Shown here piece by piece: positions 15,960-22,920 of a stretch of DNA of 64,000 nt. The stretch's first letter is position 1. Each line of letters starts with the position of its first letter. This DNA comes from an uncultured Clostridia bacterium (GTDB taxonomy: Bacteria; Bacillota; Clostridia; Christensenellales; CAG-138), in the NCBI GenBank assembly GCA_934633985.1, contig CAKTYU010000001.1, positions 93,500-157,499 of the forward strand. The letters run 5' to 3'. Below the pieces are notes generated by a model. The model made no database searches, had not been told where the DNA came from, and saw only the letters and a list, made by a program, of their open reading frames with translations. The position numbers and the translations under genes were made by a program.

Positions 15960-17237
15960 ATGTCAGATTATGTACAGATGTGGAAAGACCTGGGCATGGA
16001 TTTGGAAAACCATGATATGCTGTGCCAGGTGCTGCCTACCGCGGTGGGAGACGTGTTCCTCACCCAGCAGAACAGGCCGAAGGCCATGGATTTCTGGGAT
16101 CTGGTAATATCCGAGGTACACGGCATCCGCCCCGCCGAGCTCATAGCCGCGCAAAAGGAAGGCCGCAAGGTATTCGGCACCTTCTGCGTGTACGTACCGG
16201 ACGAGGTGGTCATAGCCGCAAACGGCATAGTCACAGGCCTCTGCGGCGGAAGCCAGTTCTGGGTGCCCGGCGGCGAGACCGTGCTGCCCAAGAGCACCTG
16301 CCCTCTCGTAAAGGCCTCGGTGGGCGCACGCCTCGGGCGCACCTGCCCCTTCTTCCGCATAGCGGATATGTACGTAGGAGAGACCACCTGCGACGCCAAG
16401 AAGAAGGCGTATGAGATACTGGGCGAGGACGTTCCCATGTATGTAATGGACGTTCCCCAGATGAAGCGCGAGAAGGATATTATAAAATGGAAGGACGAGA
16501 TAGCGGAGTTTGCGAAGAAGGTGGAGGAGTTCACCGGAAACAGCATAACCCCCGAAAAGCTGGGCGAAGCGATCAAGATAATAAACAACAGGCGCAGGGC
16601 TATGGCGAGGGTATACGATGCGCGCAAGTCCGAGTGCCTGCCCATATCCGGGCGGGACGTGCTGCTCATGACGCAGATATCCTTCTTTGACGATCCGGTA
16701 CGCTGCGCGGAGATGTGCAACAGGCTGGCGGACGAGCTGGAGCAGCGCATAAAGGACGGCGTATCCGTGGTTCCTGCGGGCACCAAGCGCATACTCGTCA
16801 CCGGCACGCCCATGGCGGTACCCAACTGGAAGCTGCATAATATAATAGAGACCAGCGGCGCGGCAGTAGTATGCGAGGAGATGTGTACGGGCACACGTTA
16901 TTTCGAGAACCTTGTGGACGAGACCAAGACTACGCTGGACGATCAGTTCATGGCGCTGTCCGAGCGGTACATGAAGACCAACTGCGCCTGCTTTACCCCA
17001 AACCATGGCCGCATAGATGATCTGCTCAGGATGGTGAAGGAATACAAGGTGGACGGCGTTATTGATTGCAGCCTGAAGTTCTGCTGCCTGTATGATACCG
17101 AGAAGTACAGCGTGGCCCGCGCCCTCAAGGAAGCCGGAGTACCGGTGCTCGGCCTTGAAACGGACTATGCCGACACCGACGCCGAGCAGCTCCGCACCCG
17201 CATAGGCGCGTTCATAGAGATGCTCAACAACAGATAA
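15960..17237 (+). CDS. 2-hydroxyacyl-CoA dehydratase / benzoyl-CoA reductase BcrC-BadD-HgdB family protein (double-cubane-cluster-protein type)
   Basis: 425 aa. Conserved Cys-rich motifs include CVYVPDE, TGLCGG, TCPL, GETTCDAKKK, CEEMCTG, CACF and SLKFCC. Family assignment is by remembered pattern. Confidence 0.7.
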   Translation: MSDYVQMWKDLGMDLENHDMLCQVLPTAVGDVFLTQQNRPKAMDFWDLVISEVHGIRPAELIAAQKEGRKVFGTFCVYVPDEVVIAANGIVTGLCGGSQFWVPGGETVLPKSTCPLVKASVGARLGRTCPFFRIADMYVGETTCDAKKKAYEILGEDVPMYVMDVPQMKREKDIIKWKDEIAEFAKKVEEFTGNSITPEKLGEAIKIINNRRRAMARVYDARKSECLPISGRDVLLMTQISFFDDPVRCAEMCNRLADELEQRIKDGVSVVPAGTKRILVTGTPMAVPNWKLHNIIETSGAAVVCEEMCTGTRYFENLVDETKTTLDDQFMALSERYMKTNCACFTPNHGRIDDLLRMVKEYKVDGVIDCSLKFCCLYDTEKYSVARALKEAGVPVLGLETDYADTDAEQLRTRIGAFIEMLNNR

Positions 17238-17503
17238 TGTCCGACGTAAGGTACTATGTGCTCTTTGCAAACTATGAGCAGGGGCTTAAGCTGCACGGCA
17301 TATTGGACGGCGCCGGGGTGGAGAACAGGATAGCGCCGGCTCCCCGCTGCATACAGGGTGAGCTTTCCTGCGGTATGTCGCTGCTCATCGAAAAGGAGCA
17401 TATCGGAGAAGCAAGGTCGGTCATAGCGGCCTCCGGGGCGGAGTATCACGATATCGTCCCGCTGGAGGGGCAGATGAAGGCGCATAGGGATAAGTATTGT
17501 TAG
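17237..17503 (+). CDS. DUF3343 (putative Se/S carrier-like) small protein, second copy
   Basis: 88 aa, with YYVLFANYEQGLKLHGIL...RIAPAPRCIQGELSCGMSL. The start overlaps the upstream stop (ATAATG). Confidence 0.65.
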   Translation: MSDVRYYVLFANYEQGLKLHGILDGAGVENRIAPAPRCIQGELSCGMSLLIEKEHIGEARSVIAASGAEYHDIVPLEGQMKAHRDKYC

Positions 17504-17507
17504 GGAT

Positions 17508-17543
17508 ACGGCGTTATCGGCTTTGCCGATAACGCCGTATTTA
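17508..17543 (+). terminator. Palindromic hairpin (weak terminator) related to 15793..15821
   Basis: ACGGCGTTATCGGC-tttg-CCGATAACGCCGT forms a 13-14-bp stem. The downstream U-tract (ATTT) is weak. Confidence 0.5.
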
Positions 17544-17641
17544 AGATCGCTTCTGTGAATTTGGAATAATGGCGTATAAATGCTATCATGTGTTGGCCGG
17601 GCTTATCCCCGGCAGAGAATAACGAGAAACGGAGAAAAACA

Positions 17642-18620
17642 ATGAAAAAGCTGATTGCTGTTATCATGGTGCTTGCCATGGCGATGAGCCTTGCAGCCTG
17701 CGCCGCCCCCGCAGCCCAAGAGACGACTGCCCCCGCGGAAGAAACCGCCGCCCCCGCCGAGGAGGCTGCCGCCCCCGCAGAGGAGGCCCCCGCGTTCCAG
17801 TCCTCCATACTGTTTTGCGGCTCCACCTCCCTTTATCCCATAATTTCCTCGCTGGCTTCCTCCTTTACCGAGGGCTTTGTGACCTGGGATAAGGTGGACG
17901 CTTCCTTCCCCGACAGCAATATTTCCATTTATGTAGCGCCCGGCGGCTCCGGCGTTGGCGTGAGCGCCGCTGTTGACGGCACTGCTGACTTCGGCATGCT
18001 GGCCCGCGATATAAAGGATTCCGAGATAGAGGCCCTTGGCGCGGACTATCAGGATTACGTAGTGGCGAAGGATGCGCTGACCGTGTCCGTAAACGCCGAG
18101 AACCCCATCTGCAAGGTCATTGACGACATGGATACCGATACCATCCGCAAGATCTTCGCCGGCGAGATAACCACATGGGATCAGGTTGACGCCACCCTGC
18201 CCGCAGAGGCCATCAACGTATACATCCGCGACCTTTCCGGCGGCGCATACGAGGTATTCCAGAAGTCCGTAATGGGCGACAGCGAGGTCACTCCCGCCGC
18301 CACCCAGTCCGCCTCCATGACCGAGCTGGCCACCAATATCGCCGGGCGATCCCTGGGGCATAGGCTATGCAGGCTTTGGCGCCTACAACAAGGCTAACGC
18401 CGAGAAGCAGGTGCTCTTTGCCATGAAGGTAGACGGCGTTGAGGCAAACGAGGAGAACATCATCAGCGGCGAGTACAAGATACAGCGTCCCGTAATGTTC
18501 GTTACCGGCAAGCCCGTATCCCCCGCGGCCCAGGCCTTCATAGACTACATCTTCTCCCAGACCGGTTACGATGTAGTAGTGAAGAACGGCTATATCCCCG
18601 CCTTTACCCCTGCCGCGTAA
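17642..18620 (+). pseudogene. pstS: Phosphate ABC transporter substrate-binding lipoprotein PstS, disrupted by a +1 frameshift near 18344..18346
   Basis: Lipoprotein signal MKKLIAVIMVLAMAMSLAAC. The track splits it into 17588..18397 and 18411..18620. Removing one G from GCCGGGCGAT restores ...TNIAGDPWGIGYAGFGAYNKA... Confidence 0.75.
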
Positions 18621-18705
18621 TACTTCTTACATCGGTATAATACGTGCTGTCGGCGCAAAAATACGCCGGCAGCATTTGTGCGTTATAAACAGGAGCATAT
18701 TTCTC

Positions 18706-19578
18706 ATGCAAAAGAGACTTGAAAGGCTGTTCAGGCTGTTCATAGGGCTGCTGGCGCTGCTTGCCGTCGCATCCCTCGCATTCGTGATATTTTTTATAGT
18801 AAAGGAAGCCCTGCCGCTCTTTGGCGAAGTCAGCATAGGTGAGCTTTTGTTAGGAAAGAGATGGATGCCCATTGCCTATGTGGGGGAGCCCTCCTTCGGG
18901 ATATTCAACTTTATAATGGCTACGCTATACGTATCGCTGCTGGCTATGATAATAGCCTCGGCGGTGGGCATAGGCGCGGCGCTGTTCTTGTCCTGCGTCG
19001 CGCCATTGAAGGTGCGTGAGCTAATGTATCCGTTCATAGACCTGCTGGCGGGCATACCCTCCGTGATATACGGCTTTATAGGGCTCGTGGTGCTGGTAAG
19101 GCTCTTTATGAAGCTGGGAGTACATACCGGCTCCTGCGTGCTGGCGGCGGCCATACTGCTTAGCGTCATGCTGCTGCCGTACATCATCTCATCGTGCAGC
19201 GAGACCATACTCAAGGCCAAGGAAAGGTACCTGCCCGCGTCAAACGCCATGGGGATAGACAAATGGCACGCCATAGCCTCCGTCATACTTCCCGCGTCGT
19301 GGGGCAACATACTGCTTTCCATGATACTGGCGATAGGCCGGGCCATGGGCGAGACAATGGCGGTCATGATGGTCATAGGCAATGCGAACCTTTTCCCCAC
19401 TCTGCTGGGAAAGAGCGAGACCATCGCCGCGGTGATAGCGCTGGAGATGGGCACGGCGGAGGCGGGCAGCCTGCATTACCACGGCCTGTACGCCGCGGGC
19501 CTCGTGCTGATGGTGCTGCTTTTCATAATAAACGCAGTTATCGCCGCGCTTAGGTCAAGGCTCATAAGGGAGGCATAG
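18706..19578 (+). CDS. pstC: Phosphate ABC transporter permease PstC
   Basis: Polytopic, with the EAA-like loop IGRAMGETMAVMMV. The start is moved to ATG 18706, downstream of AGGAG. Confidence 0.85.
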   Translation: MQKRLERLFRLFIGLLALLAVASLAFVIFFIVKEALPLFGEVSIGELLLGKRWMPIAYVGEPSFGIFNFIMATLYVSLLAMIIASAVGIGAALFLSCVAPLKVRELMYPFIDLLAGIPSVIYGFIGLVVLVRLFMKLGVHTGSCVLAAAILLSVMLLPYIISSCSETILKAKERYLPASNAMGIDKWHAIASVILPASWGNILLSMILAIGRAMGETMAVMMVIGNANLFPTLLGKSETIAAVIALEMGTAEAGSLHYHGLYAAGLVLMVLLFIINAVIAALRSRLIREA

Positions 19579-19579
19579 C

Positions 19580-20413
19580 ATGAAGGGAAGGATAACAAAG
19601 CTCTGGGCATACATAAGCATAGCGCTGGTGGCGGCCTCCATACTCTTCCTGTTCGCATACGTCTTTATACGGGGCGCGGGAACCATAACATGGGAGTTCC
19701 TTTCCCAGCCGCCCAAGGGCGCCATACTGGGCATGGAGGGCGGCGTATGGCCGGCCATAGCGGGCAGCCTGTGCTTTACGGCCGTGGCCATAGTGCTGGG
19801 CGGCATACCAGCCATAGCCGCCGCGCTTTATATAGTATTCTATTGTGAGAACAGGCGAATCGAGAAGGCGTTCCACACTGTAATACGCTGCATATCCGGC
19901 ATACCCTCCATAGTACTGGGCCTGTTTGCATACAGCTTCCTTGTGAGGGAGCTTCAGTGGGGCAGATGCATACTCTCCTCCGGCGTGGCGCTCGGCATAA
20001 TGATACTGCCATTTGTGGAGGTGAGGGCGGAGAAGGCGTTTCAGGAGCTTCCCAAGGCGGTAGTGCTTTCCTCGTATGCGCTGGGCTGTTCAAAAAGGTA
20101 TACGATAATGAAGATAGTGCTTCCCGCCTGCAAGGGCGAGCTCATATCCGGCCTTATACTGGGCGGGTGCTACGCCATGGGCGCAACGCCGCCGCTGATA
20201 TTTACGGGGGGCGTAGCATACGCGAGCGCGCCCACCAGCCTTATGAAGCCCGCCATGGCGCTGCCGCTGCACCTGTACCTGCTGCTGGCCCAAGGCGCTA
20301 CCTCCTTTGACATGGCATACGGCACGGCATTCGTGATGATGACGATAATACTCATAAGCAACCTACTGGCAACTATATACGCAGCAAGGAGTCACGCAAG
20401 ATGGAAAGCATAA
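19580..20413 (+). CDS. pstA: Phosphate ABC transporter permease PstA
   Basis: 277 aa and polytopic. LGCSKRYTIMKIVLPA is typical of PstA. Confidence 0.85.
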   Translation: MKGRITKLWAYISIALVAASILFLFAYVFIRGAGTITWEFLSQPPKGAILGMEGGVWPAIAGSLCFTAVAIVLGGIPAIAAALYIVFYCENRRIEKAFHTVIRCISGIPSIVLGLFAYSFLVRELQWGRCILSSGVALGIMILPFVEVRAEKAFQELPKAVVLSSYALGCSKRYTIMKIVLPACKGELISGLILGGCYAMGATPPLIFTGGVAYASAPTSLMKPAMALPLHLYLLLAQGATSFDMAYGTAFVMMTIILISNLLATIYAARSHARWKA

Positions 20414-21150
20414 TGCGAATTGAAGATCTGACGGCGGCATACGGCAAAAAGACGGTGCTGCACGACATAAGCCTCGACATACCGAAGCGGGGCATAACCG
20501 CCATAATAGGCCCTTCGGGCTGCGGCAAGACCACGCTTCTGCACTGTATGAACGGTATGCTTGGGGAAAACAGCGAGGCCGCGGTATCCGGCCATATCTA
20601 CCTTGGGGACAGGGATACGGCTAACATCCCCCCCGATGAGCTGCGCCGCAGGGTGGGGCTGGTGTTCCAGACCCCGTCGCCCTTCCCGTTTTCCGTTTAC
20701 AAGAACATGACCTATGGGTTAAAATACTACGGTAAGACCGGTAAGAAGGAGCTGGAGAGCGCGGTAATAGAAAAGCTCCGTACAGTCGGCCTGTACGACG
20801 AGGTAAAGGACGACCTGAACAAGAGCGCAATGAAGCTCTCCGGCGGGCAGCAGCAGAGGCTCTGCATCGCCCGCGCGCTCACGGTGGAGCCGGAGGTGCT
20901 TATGATGGACGAGCCCTGCTCGGCGCTCGACGTGAAGGCCACGGCGGTGATAGAGGATATGCTGTCGGCTATGAAGAAGGATTACTCCATAGTGATAGTC
21001 ACCCACAACATCGCCCAGGCAAAGCGCATAGCGGACGAGGTAGCGGTGATATTCGACGGCCGGCTGATAGAAAAAGGGCCGGCGGCGGAGGTGTTCGAGC
21101 TGCCGAAGCAGCAGCTCACCCGCGAGTTCCTTGCGGGGATATACGGATAG
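20413..21150 (+). CDS. pstB: Phosphate ABC transporter ATP-binding protein PstB
   Basis: GPSGCGKTT, VFQTPSPFPFSVYKN, LSGGQQQRLCIARAL and VTHNIAQAKRIAD are present. Start is at ATG 20413 or 20401. Confidence 0.9.
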   Translation: MRIEDLTAAYGKKTVLHDISLDIPKRGITAIIGPSGCGKTTLLHCMNGMLGENSEAAVSGHIYLGDRDTANIPPDELRRRVGLVFQTPSPFPFSVYKNMTYGLKYYGKTGKKELESAVIEKLRTVGLYDEVKDDLNKSAMKLSGGQQQRLCIARALTVEPEVLMMDEPCSALDVKATAVIEDMLSAMKKDYSIVIVTHNIAQAKRIADEVAVIFDGRLIEKGPAAEVFELPKQQLTREFLAGIYG

Positions 21151-21159
21151 GGGGAAGGC

Positions 21160-21627
21160 ATGATAAGGATAGACATACCCGGGCGGGATATGATCGAGAT
21201 AGAGCATGTGGTGCTGGATTATAACGGCACGATAGCCCTGGATGGAAAGCTCATAGAGGGCGCGGCGCGGCGCATAAGGGAGCTTTGCGGCAGCGCCCGC
21301 GTCTACATACTTACGGCGGACACCTACGGCACGGTTATGGCCCAATGCGGCGGCCTGGGCGCGGAGGTAAAGACCTTTCCGCGGGCCAACGCCTCGGAGT
21401 GCAAGGAGGAGATAGTGCGCGCCCTCGGCGGAAAGGCTGCCTGTATTGGCAACGGCTTCAACGACATAAGGATGTTCGACGCGGCGGAGCTTTCCATCGC
21501 CGTAATGGACGGCGAGGGAGTGTGCGCCGCACTCATAGCGCACAGCGACGTATTGGCGCGCAGCGCGGAGGAGGCCCTCGACCTGCTGCTTAAGGGGGAC
21601 AGGCTCCGCGCCACCCTCAGGACATGA
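21160..21627 (+). CDS. HAD-superfamily protein (soluble P-type-ATPase-like domain)
   Basis: 155 aa. Contains VLDYNGT (a DxxGT-like motif), ILTADTYG and IGNGFNDIRMF (the HAD GDGxND equivalent). Confidence 0.65.
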   Translation: MIRIDIPGRDMIEIEHVVLDYNGTIALDGKLIEGAARRIRELCGSARVYILTADTYGTVMAQCGGLGAEVKTFPRANASECKEEIVRALGGKAACIGNGFNDIRMFDAAELSIAVMDGEGVCAALIAHSDVLARSAEEALDLLLKGDRLRATLRT

Positions 21628-21799
21628 CGCGGCATACAAGTAAACTGATTGATAAAATAGATAACAGCCGACATGATATCTTAGCTTTGTATTTGTAATA
21701 AGCCCGAATAGGTGCTATTATAAATACAGATAAAGAACCGGCTGAAATAAAAACCTCTTATTCTTATTTCTTACTTGACCAATACAGCGGAGAAAGAAA

Positions 21800-21830
21800 C
21801 ACTGCCATGAAGGGCAGTGCTTCTTTTTTT
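21800..21830 (+). terminator. Intrinsic terminator closing the plus-strand pst/HAD operon just inside the element end
   Basis: CACTGCC-atgaag-GGCAGTG forms a 7-bp stem, followed by CTTCTTTTTTT. Confidence 0.6.
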
Positions 21831-21833
21831 CGT

Positions 21834-21861
21834 AAAATGTTGCCCTTTCAGCGCAGCGGCA
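21834..21861. repeat. Element-terminal inverted repeat, right arm (attP half-site within attR)
   Basis: Plus-strand sequence AAAATGTTGCCCTTTCAGCGCAGCGGCA. It is the inverted partner of 9336..9363, with 24 of 28 positions matching. Confidence 0.85.
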
Positions 21862-21863
21862 TC

Positions 21864-22268
21864 TGCTGCCATGTCCTCGGTAATATCGGTTATCGGGTCG
21901 CCCGTACACTGGAGAGAGGCGGCGGTGAAGGGTACGCCGTTGGGGTCGGCGGGGTATACGCCCTTGGAGTGCATGGTATAGTAGCCCATAAGCCCCGCGG
22001 CCTCGATCTCCTCCAGCGTCGCATCGCGCAGGCATTGGTGTATCATGGTGCCTATCATCTCCCAGTGGGCGAGCTCCTCGGTGCCTATGTCGTTGCAGGT
22101 GGCCTTTACCCGGTTATCCGGCATGGAGAAGCGCTGGGTAAGGTAGCGGCAGCCTGCGGCAAGCTCGCTGTCAGGCCCGCCGTATTGGGCCATGAGCGCC
22201 TTTGCCATGCGGGGGTTGGGCGTTGTTATGTTTACGGGGTATTCCAGCTTTTTCTGATAGATCCACAT
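21864..22268 (-). CDS. cotJC: cotJC 5' segment (codons 1-135 of the split manganese-catalase-family spore coat gene)
   Basis: Translates as MWIYQKKLEYPVNITTPNPRMAKALMAQYGGPDSELAAGCRYLTQRF...IGTEELAHWEMIGTM...GVPFTAASLQCTGDPITDITEDMAA, collinear with remembered B. subtilis CotJC. In the un-rearranged DNA the ORF reads on through 30 element-encoded codons to a stop at 21771. Confidence 0.9.
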
Positions 22269-22283
22269 TTAGTCTTTTCCTCC

Positions 22284-22532
22284 TTAATCCCAGGGCCATT
22301 CGCTGCAAACGTAGCAGCCCGCGGCGGTGGCGGAGTGGCCGAAGTTCATAAGCGGGCCGTACTGCTCCTCGTACGCCGCGATAAGCTCCTTGAGCCGGGC
22401 GGAGTAGTACAGGTAATCGCTGCGGGCGGCGTTGTCGCCGGGGTGGGTGTCGAGATACAGGTTAAGCTCTACTGAAACGAACTGATATTCGCTTATGGTT
22501 TTAAGCAGGTCACACTTGGTCATGTCGTTCAT
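22284..22532 (-). CDS. cotJB: Spore coat protein CotJB
   Basis: 82 aa. EYQFVSVELNLYLDTHPGDNAA...YEEQYGPL is the CotJB family pattern. Confidence 0.85.
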   Translation of the reverse strand: MNDMTKCDLLKTISEYQFVSVELNLYLDTHPGDNAARSDYLYYSARLKELIAAYEEQYGPLMNFGHSATAAGCYVCSEWPWD

Positions 22533-22542
22533 GGCAGCCTCC

Positions 22543-22788
22543 TTACATTACGAGCTCCGGAAAGAGCGTGCCGCTGATCAGGGCCTCGCAGGGGCAGTAG
22601 CCCTGAAGGTAGTCCTGATCCGGAAAGTATGCGGCAGCCAGGGGGACGCTGTTCGCGGCCGATTCGGGGTAGCCGCCGCTGTCCCAGCCGGAGCAGGGCC
22701 GGGTGCTTGCGGCGCCGGCGCCCACAAGTATTCCGCTGTCTGAGCAGACAGGCTCTGCACAGCGGCAGGTATTGTTTTTCAGATTCAC
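22543..22788 (-). CDS. cotJA: Spore coat-associated protein CotJA
   Basis: 81 aa with a GTG start after GGAGG. The C-terminal LAAAYFPDQDY...EALISGTLFPEL is the CotJA family pattern. Confidence 0.75.
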   Translation of the reverse strand: MNLKNNTCRCAEPVCSDSGILVGAGAASTRPCSGWDSGGYPESAANSVPLAAAYFPDQDYLQGYCPCEALISGTLFPELVM

Positions 22789-22874
22789 GGTTTTGCCTCC
22801 TTAGCGCCCCGCGATATGGTATTGCAGGGCATTTATATATGGCATAATATGCAGGGTATGTACGGTAAGGTTAC

Positions 22875-22901
22875 AAAAAAGGAGCCGGCATTGCCGGCTC
22901 C
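22875..22901 (-). terminator. Intrinsic terminator of the 22921..24660 gene
   Basis: On the minus strand, GGAGCCGGC-aat-GCCGGCTCC is followed by TTTTTT. Confidence 0.85.
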
Positions 22902-22920
22902 TTGGCTGCGGTTTTTTGCG

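Larger units (their letters stand above)
9334..21861 (-). mobile_element. 12,528-bp intervening element inserted in cotJC (large-serine-recombinase type, skin/SPbeta-like architecture, non-phage cargo)
   Basis: It is bounded by direct copies of GCAGA (minus-strand sense; plus-strand TCTGC at 9334..9338 and 21862..21866). The termini are 28-nt inverted repeats and the recombinase gene abuts the left end. Precise deletion restores the cotJC reading frame. Confidence 0.85.

Noticed and set aside
15963-17270. A 435-aa minus-strand ORF lies opposite the dehydratase-family gene.
   Set aside because: It is antisense to a gene with clear family motifs. Its composition is Gly/Ala/His/Tyr/Leu-rich and low-complexity, typical of antisense frames in GC-rich coding DNA. 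It has no SD.
17588-17641. An N-terminal extension of pstS (MCWPGLSPAENNEKRRKT...) as given in the track.
   Set aside because: The lipoprotein signal peptide starts at ATG 17642, which is preceded by GGAGA. The extension lacks an SD and would bury the signal peptide.
9334-21861. The intervening element could be a prophage or prophage remnant like skin or SPbeta.
   Set aside because: I found no terminase, portal, capsid, tail, holin/lysin, repressor or replication genes. Apart from the recombinase, all ORFs are metabolic, transport or regulatory. Codon usage and GC content also look host-like.
9331-21869. Inverted repeats flanking a 12.5-kb segment could indicate an invertible (phase-variable) DNA switch.
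   Set aside because: The two cotJC halves are on the same strand and in the same order, so inversion would not join them. The repeats lie entirely on the element side of a directly repeated GCAGA core. This is what attP half-sites in attL/attR look like, so excision explains everything and inversion explains nothing.
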